DNA of 32,000 bases, taken from positions 2,130,001-2,162,000 of the forward strand of contig NC_002937.3 of NCBI RefSeq assembly GCF_000195755.1, given 5' to 3'. Made by a program: the position numbers and the translations under genes. The notes beneath the pieces are model-generated. The model ran no database searches and was not told the DNA's origin. It worked only from the letters and a program-made list of their open reading frames with translations. Below, piece after piece: positions 1-8,235 of this stretch. The DNA is from Nitratidesulfovibrio vulgaris str. Hildenborough. Its GTDB lineage: Bacteria > Desulfobacterota > Desulfovibrionia > Desulfovibrionales > Desulfovibrionaceae. Every line of letters begins with the position of its first letter. The stretch's first letter is position 1.

Positions 1-35
1 CTGCTGGCCATTCGCTGGATGCAACGTCGGCATGT

Positions 36-296
36 ATGCGTCGACGTACGGGAGCACAACTGACCCCTCCGGAGCATCACATCTGGAGTGACGCCCTGCT
101 GCTCTCTGCCGGGGTTGCACTACAGGTTGCGGCATTCCGTGTTCCCCGGGGGCAGTGCCTCGCCCCGACCCTTCACATCGTCGGAGCCTGCTGCATCGCA
201 CTTTTCGCCCTGAATGACAGGGATGCCCTCTCCCTCGTGGGACAGGGAATCCTCACCGTCTGCCTTCTTCCCCTTCTGTACGGGAAATCAGCATGA
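36..296 (+). CDS. hypothetical small membrane protein (frame is open back to the window start, so it may be longer or partial)
   Basis: 86-aa ORF with three hydrophobic stretches (LLLSAGVALQVAAF, IVGACCIALFAL, ILTVCLLPLLY). Its TGA overlaps the next gene's ATG as ATGA (293-296), which suggests translational coupling. No family recognised, and third-position GC bias is weak in the first third. Confidence 0.3.
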   Translation: MRRRTGAQLTPPEHHIWSDALLLSAGVALQVAAFRVPRGQCLAPTLHIVGACCIALFALNDRDALSLVGQGILTVCLLPLLYGKSA

Positions 297-973
297 TAAC
301 ACGCACCATCCGCGGAATCCTGAAGGGCGCCGCCGTGTTTCTCGGCCTCGCAGGCGCCATCGCGCTATTGCACGCCTTCGGTCTGGACAGCACACTGGAC
401 ACGGCGTGGATAGACTCGCACATCCGTGACCACGGTCTTCAGGGGCACCTTCTCTACATCGGCATCGCCGGTGTGCTCACGGCTTTGGCAGTCCCGCGCC
501 AATTCGTCAGTTTCCTTGGCGGCTATGCCTTCGGTGCGGCATTCGGCACACTCTGGGCAACCGTTGGGGCAACCCTCGGCTGCATGCTCACCTTCTTCTA
601 CGCACGGTTCGCCGGGCAGTCACTCGTGAACAGACGTTTCAGCCACAGGGTGGCGCGCGTCAACGCGTTTCTCTCGCGCAACCCGTTCACCATGACCTTC
701 ATCATCCGCTGCCTTCCGGTCGGTAACAACGTGCTGACCAACCTCATAGCCGGAGTGAGCAGCATCCCCGCCGTACAATTCTTCGCGGGGTCGTTCATCG
801 GCTACATCCCGCAGCATTTCATCTTCGCACTCCTCGGCAGCGGGGTGCATGTCTCCCCTGTCCTGCGCACGGTGACGAGCGCCCTGCTTTTCGTGCTCTC
901 CAGCGTGTTCGGCTACATGCTCTACCGCCGCTACCGCATCGACCGCGACCTCGAAGAACCAGACGATCAATAG
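293..973 (+). CDS. TVP38/TMEM64 (DedA superfamily, SNARE-associated) integral membrane protein
   Basis: 226 aa with multiple TM segments. The pattern PRQFVSFLGGYAFG...GATLGCMLTFFYARFAG...IIRCLPVGNNVLTNLIAGVS is typical of the TVP38/DedA family. Followed by a hairpin terminator. Confidence 0.8.
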   Translation: MITRTIRGILKGAAVFLGLAGAIALLHAFGLDSTLDTAWIDSHIRDHGLQGHLLYIGIAGVLTALAVPRQFVSFLGGYAFGAAFGTLWATVGATLGCMLTFFYARFAGQSLVNRRFSHRVARVNAFLSRNPFTMTFIIRCLPVGNNVLTNLIAGVSSIPAVQFFAGSFIGYIPQHFIFALLGSGVHVSPVLRTVTSALLFVLSSVFGYMLYRRYRIDRDLEEPDDQ

Positions 974-1081
974 AAAAACAGACGCGATAGCCAGACGGCG
1001 TCGCCGACGCTCGCCCCTGTGGCGTAAGGCATCTTCTCGGGGAAGCTGCAGAAGCGACAATCCACCACGCGAAAGATAGAC

Positions 1082-1113
1082 GAAGCCCCCTATCTTCATC
1101 GGCAGGGGGCTTC
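1082..1113. terminator. bidirectional stem-loop between the convergent TVP38-family gene and metG
   Basis: GAAGCCCCC (1082-1090) pairs perfectly with GGGGGCTTC (1105-1113) around a 14-nt loop. It sits between two convergent stop codons (973 and 1143). The flanking T-tracts are only moderate. Confidence 0.55.
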
Positions 1114-1142
1114 ATTGCGTATTCTATGCGCCGATGGACGGG

Positions 1143-3134
1143 CTACGACACTTTGCTGCCGGGGGAGACCGGGCCGGAAACAGACACGAGTTCCATCCCC
1201 TCACCCTGACGGACGGCAAGGATCATCCCCTGCGATTCCAGCCCGCGCAGCTTGCGCGGAGCGAGGTTGGCAACCACAGCGACCTGACGCCCCTGCAACT
1301 GTTCAGGAGAGAAGTAGGCGGCAAGCCCCGCCACAATCTGCCGTGGCTTCTCCTCGCCGAGGTCGACTTCGACCCGCAGCAACTTGTCGGCGTTGGGATG
1401 ACGCTCGACTGCCACCACGGTTCCCATGCGGATGTCGACCTTCTGGAAGTCTTCGAAGTCGATCACTCCGGCATCCTCCGCGGGAGAAGCAGCAGGCGCA
1501 GGCGCAACAGCGGCAGGCTTGGCGTTCTTCGCCGTGCCGGCACCGTCGGCGGACTTGCCCTTTGAGGAAGCCACCTCGGCAGGCTCATCCTTCTCCCGCA
1601 CGAGTTCAACCCTCGGGAACAGGTTCGATGCCCCGGCGACCGTGGTGCCGGGCTGCAAGCCGCCCCATGTTTCGGCCTCGTTGCCAAGGTCGACTGCGTC
1701 GACGTTCACCTCGAGACCAAGCTGCGCCAGCATCGATGTCGCAGCCTCGGGCATGACGGGAAGCAGGTGCACCGCCACCTTGCGCATGGATTCGAGCAAG
1801 GTGTACATGACCGTGCCAAGTCGCTTGGTGTCGCCCTGCTTGAAGAGCGTCCAGGGTGCGGCGCTGTCTACGTACTTGTTGAGGGCACGCACGAGTTCCC
1901 ACAGCGATTCAAGGGCATTGGAGAAGCGCACACGACCGAAGAGGTTGCAGAAATTACGCTGGGCCTCGGCAGCGAGTGCCCGCAGGGTCTCGTCCTCTTC
2001 GGTATAGGCGCCGGGTGCGGGTACGACCCCGCCGAAGTACTTCGCCGTCATGGACAGCACCCGGCTGTAGAGATTGCCAAGGTCGTTGGCGAGGTCGGCG
2101 TTGAGGCGTCCCACGAGTGCCTCCTCGGAGAAACTCGCGTCGCTGCCGAAGTGCATCTCGCGCAGGAGAAAATACCTGAAGGCGTTGAGGCCGTAACGGT
2201 CGATCATCTCCAGCGGACTTACGACGTTGCCAAGCGACTTGGACATCTTGGTGTCGCGCACCAGCCAGTAACCGTGGACATTGAGATTGTTGTACGGTTC
2301 AAGCCCCGCCGCCTTCAGCATCGTAGGCCAGAACACGGCGTGCGGCTTGAGGATGTCCTTGGCCACGAGATGCTGCACTCCGGGCCAGTAGTTGGCGAAA
2401 CGGTCACCGTCGGGCCACCCCAGTGCCGACACGTAGTTGAGAAGCGCGTCGAACCACACGTAGCACACATAATCGGTGTCGAACGGAAGTTCGATGCCCC
2501 ATGTGAGGCGCGACTTGGGGCGTGATATGCAGAGGTCCTCGAGCGCCCCGCTGTCCAGCATGGAGAGCACTTCGTTACGATAGCGTTCGGGCCGGATGAA
2601 ATCGGGGTTGTCCAGGATGTGCTGCTTCAGCCACCCCTGATACTTGGACATGCGGAAGAAGTAGTTCTTCTCGGCGATGTACTCCGGCTTCACCTGATGC
2701 TGCGGGCACAGGCCGTTCTCGAGCTCCTTTTCGGTGTAGAAGCGTTCGCAGCCGTAGCAGTAGTGCCCGCCGTACTCGCCGAAATAGATGTCGCCGCTAT
2801 CGTACACCCGCTGCAGGAACGCCTGCACGACCTTCTTGTGTTCCGGGTCGGTGGTGCGGATGAACTGGTCATATTCGACACCAAGATGCGGCCACAGGTC
2901 ACGAAACTGCCCGCTCACGCCGTCGACGAAATCCTTGGGTGAAACTCCGGCCTTTTCGGCTGCCTGCACTATCTTGTCGCCGTGTTCGTCCGTCCCGGTG
3001 AGGAAATAGGTGTCCTTGCCAAGAAGGCGCTGGAACCGGCGCATACTGTCGGCGACGATGGTCGTATAGGCATGCCCGAGGTGGGGCTTGGCGTTCACAT
3101 AGTAGATGGGTGTCGTTACATAGAAGCGGTCCAC
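1143..3134 (-). CDS. metG: methionine--tRNA ligase (MetRS) with C-terminal EMAP/Trbp111-type tRNA-binding domain
   Basis: Class I signatures KPHLGHAY (HIGH) and KMSKSLGN (KMSKS). Zinc knuckle CYGCERF...LCPQH. C-terminal VDIRMGTVVAVERHPNADKLLRVEVDLG. The start codon is GTG (plus-strand cac at 3132-3134) with AGGAG 8 nt upstream. Confidence 0.97.
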   Translation of the reverse strand: MDRFYVTTPIYYVNAKPHLGHAYTTIVADSMRRFQRLLGKDTYFLTGTDEHGDKIVQAAEKAGVSPKDFVDGVSGQFRDLWPHLGVEYDQFIRTTDPEHKKVVQAFLQRVYDSGDIYFGEYGGHYCYGCERFYTEKELENGLCPQHQVKPEYIAEKNYFFRMSKYQGWLKQHILDNPDFIRPERYRNEVLSMLDSGALEDLCISRPKSRLTWGIELPFDTDYVCYVWFDALLNYVSALGWPDGDRFANYWPGVQHLVAKDILKPHAVFWPTMLKAAGLEPYNNLNVHGYWLVRDTKMSKSLGNVVSPLEMIDRYGLNAFRYFLLREMHFGSDASFSEEALVGRLNADLANDLGNLYSRVLSMTAKYFGGVVPAPGAYTEEDETLRALAAEAQRNFCNLFGRVRFSNALESLWELVRALNKYVDSAAPWTLFKQGDTKRLGTVMYTLLESMRKVAVHLLPVMPEAATSMLAQLGLEVNVDAVDLGNEAETWGGLQPGTTVAGASNLFPRVELVREKDEPAEVASSKGKSADGAGTAKNAKPAAVAPAPAASPAEDAGVIDFEDFQKVDIRMGTVVAVERHPNADKLLRVEVDLGEEKPRQIVAGLAAYFSPEQLQGRQVAVVANLAPRKLRGLESQGMILAVRQGEGMELVSVSGPVSPGSKVS

Positions 3135-3363
3135 GATGGTATCTCCTGATGCCGTCCCGCAGGACGCCTACATTCTGGCTACGGGGATGCGGAACGGTCG
3201 TGGCGCTGACCACATCCGCCCGCATCCCGCGCTGGAACTCATTTGCACATCACGCTGACGATGAAGGGAATACACTTGAAGAGCCATGCTCCCCGCCCGT
3301 ACGCCCCCCCCCGAAGGGGAGACATAGAGGCATCATATTCCCACATTCGTCGAGCGGGGTAGC

Positions 3364-4827
3364 CTATTCTTCCGAAGAGCCGCCGTCGCGCGGGCGGCGC
3401 TTGCGTTTGCGCCGTCCACGACTCGACCGCAAGGCCGAGGCATCCGTACTCTTGATCTGACGATGCGGCAACGCGATGGCGGCAGGTGCCTGCTTCGCCA
3501 GCGGGCCTTCAAGCCCCCCCGCTGTCGGGGCAGCGACCGCAGCAGTGGTGTCCGCCAGCGCTGCGTCGGTCGGGACAGGCGCAGCCGTTGCCGTTGCAGG
3601 CTCGGCCTGAGGTACGCTCTCTACCGGCGCTTCGACCTGCTCCATCCCCATCACGGCACCACCATCGGGTGACGTGTCGAACGGGGCCGGCTGCTCTGTC
3701 GCGAATTCGACACCAGCGGCATGGAGGGACGGAGCGTCGGCCTCTGCCTCGCCTCCGGCTGGCGGGGTCTCGCCGGAACCCGGAACATCACCATGAGGCA
3801 TGCCGCGCCGGTCAGCGCGCTCGGCACGGTCGGGGCGGCCTCCGCGGTCGGAGCGCTCGCCAGCCCTGCCGCCGCCATGCCGCGCAGCTTCTCCGCCCGT
3901 GGCACCGGCAGCCCTGTCGGACGAAGGCGCGGGCGCCCTGTCGCCGTTTCCGTCACGGGCCGAGCCGCCTTCAGGCCTGTCACGCCGTGGCGGACGCGCC
4001 TGCTGCGGCTGCTGGTCGGGACGACGCGGGTCGAGCTGTTGCCATTCATCGAGGCTGATCTCGATCTCTTCGCCCGTATCCGTGAACGCCATGAGGCTGT
4101 TGCGGAACATGTTGGCGCGCAGCACCTTCACCGGACCACGATTGGTCATGTACTTCTTGCCAAGGCGCGGGCAACTGCGATGGAACTCCTCGTAGTTCTC
4201 CTGCTCATAGCTGAGGCAGCAGAGCAGGCGTCCGCATATGCCGGATATTTTCGCGGGATTGAGAAAAAGATTCTGCTCTTTGGCCATCTTGATGGTCACT
4301 GGAGCGAATTTGCGCAGGTAACGGCGGCAGCAGCATACCATGCCGCAGTTGCCCACCGCACCGATCATCTGCGTCTCATGGCGTACGCCTATCTGCCGCA
4401 GTTCGATACGTGTGCGGTAGTGCTTGACGAGGTCTTTGACAAGCTCACGGAAGTCGATGCGCGACGGGGCCGTGAAATAGAATATCAGCTTGCTGAGGTC
4501 GAAGAAGACTTCGACATCGACAAGCTTCATGTCGAGGTTGCGCGCCCGTATGCACTCACGGCAATACGCCGCAGCTTCGGCACCCATGGCCTCGTTCGTC
4601 TCCGCGCGTTCGAGGTCTTCGCCCTCGGCAACGCGCAGGATGGGTTGCAACTCCTCGTCGCCAGCGTCTGAAGGCCTGTCGTCACGCACGGCGATGACCT
4701 CGCCTATGCCTTGCCCCTGGTCGGTCTCCACGATGACGCGGTCACCGAGGGAGACCTCGGCCTCACCTGCCAGAAAATAATATACCTGTCCGTAATCACG
4801 GAACTTGATGCCGAGTATCTTGTCCAT
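3364..4827 (-). CDS. PSP1 domain protein (RicT/YaaT-like) with a long disordered C-terminal tail
   Basis: N-terminal MDKILGIKFRDYGQVYYF plus the Cys clusters GNCGMVCCCRRYL and GICGRLLCCLSYE are characteristic of the PSP1/YaaT family. Lying upstream of metG matches the conserved ricT-metG neighbourhood I recall from other bacteria. Roughly the last 220 aa are R/D/G/A/P-rich and end in RGRRKRKRRPRDGGSSEE. Confidence 0.85.
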   Translation of the reverse strand: MDKILGIKFRDYGQVYYFLAGEAEVSLGDRVIVETDQGQGIGEVIAVRDDRPSDAGDEELQPILRVAEGEDLERAETNEAMGAEAAAYCRECIRARNLDMKLVDVEVFFDLSKLIFYFTAPSRIDFRELVKDLVKHYRTRIELRQIGVRHETQMIGAVGNCGMVCCCRRYLRKFAPVTIKMAKEQNLFLNPAKISGICGRLLCCLSYEQENYEEFHRSCPRLGKKYMTNRGPVKVLRANMFRNSLMAFTDTGEEIEISLDEWQQLDPRRPDQQPQQARPPRRDRPEGGSARDGNGDRAPAPSSDRAAGATGGEAARHGGGRAGERSDRGGRPDRAERADRRGMPHGDVPGSGETPPAGGEAEADAPSLHAAGVEFATEQPAPFDTSPDGGAVMGMEQVEAPVESVPQAEPATATAAPVPTDAALADTTAAVAAPTAGGLEGPLAKQAPAAIALPHRQIKSTDASALRSSRGRRKRKRRPRDGGSSEE

Positions 4828-5032
4828 TCCGTACCGGGACGTACCGGGATGTTGAAGCCGCCGTGAGGCGGACGTTGCGGAGAAGGCAAGATTGCGCCTC
4901 TCGAAATAACCTCTTCTTTTCGGCTATTGCCGCGATGCTGTCAATAAACGGACGTGACACCGGGAGGTTGTCAAGGTGCTTGTGGTGTTTTACACAAAGT
5001 CCACGCACAGCATCATCAAGAGGAAGAACATT

Positions 5033-5596
5033 ATGATAACCAGAACCGAGGCCATGGAAATAGTCATGGCCCAGAACCCGGAACAGCACCTCGTGCACCA
5101 TGCCCTCGCCACCGAGGCCGTGATGCGCACGCTTGCAGCCCGTTTCGGCGAAGATGCGGAACTCTGGGGACTCACCGGACTTCTGCACGACGTCGACTTT
5201 CCCGCCACGCGCGACCTGCCCGAACGCCACGGCATCGAGGCCATGACGATCATCGGCGCGGGTCTGCCCGAAGAGGGACTGGCAGCCATCCGCGCCCATA
5301 ACGCCGAATGCAACGGCAACGCCCCTTCCACACGGCTGGATACGGCCCTGCGTTGTGCCGAGACCGTGACCGGCCTCGTCAGCGCTGCGGCACTCGTGCG
5401 CCCCACCGGCATGGAAGGCATGCAGGCATCAAGTCTCAAGAAGAAGATGAAGGACAAGGCATTCGCCGCCAGCGTCAGCCGCGACCGCATCAAGGAATGT
5501 GCGAACATCGGCCTCGAACTCGGCGACTTCCTCGGGCTGGCCATCGAAGCCATGACCCCTGCGGCCACCGAACTGGGGCTCACGCGCCCCGCCTAA
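5033..5596 (+). CDS. HD-domain (HDIG-type) metal-dependent phosphohydrolase
   Basis: HHALATEAVM...LTGLLHDVDF gives the H...HD...D motif. I chose the ATG at 5033 because AGGAAG lies 6 nt upstream. The track ORF starts at 4976, but those extra residues look non-coding. Confidence 0.75.
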   Translation: MITRTEAMEIVMAQNPEQHLVHHALATEAVMRTLAARFGEDAELWGLTGLLHDVDFPATRDLPERHGIEAMTIIGAGLPEEGLAAIRAHNAECNGNAPSTRLDTALRCAETVTGLVSAAALVRPTGMEGMQASSLKKKMKDKAFAASVSRDRIKECANIGLELGDFLGLAIEAMTPAATELGLTRPA

Positions 5597-5610
5597 GCGA
5601 AGGACTCCCC

Positions 5611-6603
5611 ATGAAGCTCTCATGCGTCATCGTCTCGCATAACATGAAGAACTACATCGGCCGGTGCATCGATTCCGTCCGTACCGCTCTCGCCGACATC
5701 CGCTCCCTCGTGGGCGAGGCCGAGATCATCGTCGTCGACCGCGGGTCGACGGACGGGACAGCCAACGCAGCCCGCACCGCCTACGCCGACGTGACCATCG
5801 TCGACGTGCCGTTCGACGCCGGCTGGGCCACCGCCGCCAACAAGGGGGCGTGTGCCGCCACCGGCGAGACCCTGCTCTTCGTCTCGCCCGAGGTCGAACT
5901 GCTCTCCGGCGGTCTGCCCCGCCTTCTCGAACATCTCGAGACCAACCCCGCCTGTGCCATCGCAGGGGGTGCGGTTGTCTCCACCTCGGGCGCACTGCTG
6001 CACGGCCCGGCGCGCTTCCCCGGCCTGCTGGGCAAGCTTGCGGCCCTCACCGGGCTGGGTTCGCGCTTTCCCCGCACCATGCTCGACTGGACACGCTACG
6101 GCGGGCGCAACCTCGACCTGCCGCTTGAAGTGGACAGCGTATCGTTCGACTACGCCGTGGTGAAGGCCGCCGCCTTCTGCAAGCTGGGTCGCTTCGACGC
6201 CCGCTTCCATACCGCCTTCGCCGACACCGACCTCTGCCGCCGGGCCAGCCGCACCATGCTGCCCCGCCCCACGGTCGCCTTCGTGCCGCAGGCCCGCGCC
6301 CGCGCACAGGACAACTTCGTCCTGCGCGACGAAGTGCAGGCCTTCGACCTGCACGGCACCGCCGTCGTGCGTGGCCGTGTCCGCTGCGAGATGCTGTATG
6401 TCTGGAAGAACTACTGCATCCTCACCTCGCTGGCCAACACCACCCTCGAACTCGTGGGACAGGCCTGTCGCTACGCCATGGGGCTGCTGCCCGTCATCGG
6501 CTGCGACAAGACCGCGCGACACAGTGCCGCAGTCCTGAAAGAGACGGCGCAGGCGGCACTCGACACGCAACTTGGTTCCCAGTATCCCACCACGCCCTGG
6601 TAG
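5611..6603 (+). CDS. family 2 glycosyltransferase
   Basis: MKLSCVIVSHNMKNYIGRCIDSV...IIVVDRGSTDGT...NKGACAATGETLLFVSPEVEL is a typical GT2 (GT-A) N-terminus. ATG at 5611 has AAGGA upstream, 14 nt after the HD-gene stop. The longer track ORF (5308) overlaps the HD gene in an Arg-rich frame. Confidence 0.8.
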   Translation: MKLSCVIVSHNMKNYIGRCIDSVRTALADIRSLVGEAEIIVVDRGSTDGTANAARTAYADVTIVDVPFDAGWATAANKGACAATGETLLFVSPEVELLSGGLPRLLEHLETNPACAIAGGAVVSTSGALLHGPARFPGLLGKLAALTGLGSRFPRTMLDWTRYGGRNLDLPLEVDSVSFDYAVVKAAAFCKLGRFDARFHTAFADTDLCRRASRTMLPRPTVAFVPQARARAQDNFVLRDEVQAFDLHGTAVVRGRVRCEMLYVWKNYCILTSLANTTLELVGQACRYAMGLLPVIGCDKTARHSAAVLKETAQAALDTQLGSQYPTTPW

Positions 6604-6615
6604 GTTCGTATGCCG

Positions 6616-6650
6616 AGAGGCCGGTGCGTGCGCATCGGCCTCTTTCATTG
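6616..6650 (+). terminator. rho-independent terminator after the GT2 gene
   Basis: AGAGGCCG (6616-6623) pairs with CGGCCTCT (6636-6643). The loop can extend the stem, and it is followed by TTTCATT. Confidence 0.6.
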
Positions 6651-6812
6651 TCCCTCCGGTTGCTGGAACGTGGCAGCCAACGGAGTAGATGGACTGACGG
6701 GCGACTCCGGCTAGGACGGTTGCCATCATGCGCGTCCGTCCGGGGCGAAAGCGCCGGAGACGAAGCAACCCCGCGAGGCCGCAGCTTGCCATCACCCTGA
6801 CGACGCGCCCGC

Positions 6813-6830
6813 GCCACTCGCATGAGTGGC
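6813..6830. promoter_or_regulatory. perfect 7-bp inverted repeat upstream of pfk (candidate operator or 5'-leader hairpin)
   Basis: GCCACTC-GCAT-GAGTGGC, 57 nt upstream of the pfk ATG at 6887. Confidence 0.3.
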
Positions 6831-6886
6831 GGCGACGACGTTCACATGCTACACTCGGCGGAATGAGCCACAACAAGGAGGCCCCC

Positions 6887-8221
6887 ATGCCCGGAACGCG
6901 TTTCGAGAAGGATGGCCTTGTCATCGACACCACCATCCCTCATCTCGGCCCCGCCAAGATACCCTCCCCTCTGGTCTACTGCCATCACACCAACGACACT
7001 GGTGTACCGCTGTACCTCGACTCCGAGTTCATCGAAGAACTGGCCGGTGAGAGCACTGCCCTCAACTTCGAAGCGGCCGGGCCGCGCCGTAATCTCTACT
7101 TCGACCCGTCAAAGGCCAAGTGCGCCATCGTCACCTGCGGTGGCCTGTGCCCCGGCATCAACGACGTCATCCGGGCCATCGTCATGGAGGCCCGCCACGC
7201 CTACGACGTGCCCGCCGTGCTGGGCATCCGGTACGGGCTTGAAGGTTTCATCCCCAAGTACCGCCATGACGTGGTCGAACTGACGCCCGATGTCGTGTCG
7301 GACATCCATCAATTCGGTGGGACCATCCTCGGTTCGTCACGCGGCCCGCAGTCGCCGGAAGAGATCGTCGACGCCCTCGAACGCATGAACATCAGCGCAC
7401 TCTTCATGATCGGCGGCGACGGAACCCTCAAGGCAGCCTCCAACATCGTGCAGGAGGTGATGCGCCGCAATCTCAAGATTTCGGTCATCGGCGTCCCCAA
7501 GACCATCGACAACGACATCAACTTCATCAGCCAGTCGTTCGGCTTCGAAACAGCGGTGTACAAGGCCACCGAAGCCATCCAGTGCGCCCATACCGAGGCC
7601 ATCGGCGCCATGAACGGCATCGGTCTCGTCAAACTCATGGGGCGCGAGTCGGGCTTCATCGCCGCACACGCCACGCTTTCGCTCAAAGAGGTCAACTTCG
7701 TCCTCATCCCCGAAGCCCCCTTCACCCTGCATGGCGAGGGCGGCCTGCTACCGACGCTCGAACGCCGTCTGCGCGCCCGGGCCCACGCCGTCATCGTGGT
7801 CGCCGAAGGTGCGGGGCAGAATCTGCTGGCTGACACGGGCAAGAAGGACGCCTCGGGCAACCCCATCCTCGGCGACATAGCCCAGCTGCTGCGCGCCGAA
7901 ATCAAGGCATACTGCGACGAACGCGGCCTGCCGCACACGCTCAAGTACATCGACCCCAGCTACATCATCCGCTCCGTGCCCGCCAACGCCAACGACCGCG
8001 TCTACTGCGGCTTCCTCGGCCAGCATGCGGTACACGCGGCCATGGCCGGACGCACCGGCATGGTCGTGGCGAAGCTCATGGACAGGTACGTGCATCTGCC
8101 CCTTGAACTTGTCACGCTGCGCAGGCGCAAGCTCAACATCCGCTCCGACTACTGGCGCGCCGTGCTTGAATCGACCGGACAGGCCGAACTTGCCGGCATG
8201 GTGCCCGGTCTCGACGAATAA
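6887..8221 (+). CDS. pfk: 6-phosphofructokinase (long PFK-family enzyme)
   Basis: CAIVTCGGLCPGINDVIRAIV, MIGGDGTLKAAS, GVPKTIDNDI and LMGRESGFIA are canonical PFK motifs. The ATG at 6887 is preceded by AAGGAGG with a 5-nt spacer. An alternative in-frame ATG lies at 6863. Confidence 0.9.
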   Translation: MPGTRFEKDGLVIDTTIPHLGPAKIPSPLVYCHHTNDTGVPLYLDSEFIEELAGESTALNFEAAGPRRNLYFDPSKAKCAIVTCGGLCPGINDVIRAIVMEARHAYDVPAVLGIRYGLEGFIPKYRHDVVELTPDVVSDIHQFGGTILGSSRGPQSPEEIVDALERMNISALFMIGGDGTLKAASNIVQEVMRRNLKISVIGVPKTIDNDINFISQSFGFETAVYKATEAIQCAHTEAIGAMNGIGLVKLMGRESGFIAAHATLSLKEVNFVLIPEAPFTLHGEGGLLPTLERRLRARAHAVIVVAEGAGQNLLADTGKKDASGNPILGDIAQLLRAEIKAYCDERGLPHTLKYIDPSYIIRSVPANANDRVYCGFLGQHAVHAAMAGRTGMVVAKLMDRYVHLPLELVTLRRRKLNIRSDYWRAVLESTGQAELAGMVPGLDE

Positions 8222-8235
8222 GGGCACACGCAGGC

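Noticed and set aside
5308-5610. N-terminal 101-aa extension of the GT2 ORF
   Set aside because: It overlaps the HD-domain gene in a different frame and is Arg/Pro/His-rich. A canonical GT2 N-terminus begins at the ATG at 5611, which has its own SD.
5620-6936. 438-aa minus-strand ORF antisense to the GT2 gene
   Set aside because: Low-complexity G/A/R/V composition, and it overlaps a well-supported GT2 CDS and its terminator. No start context.
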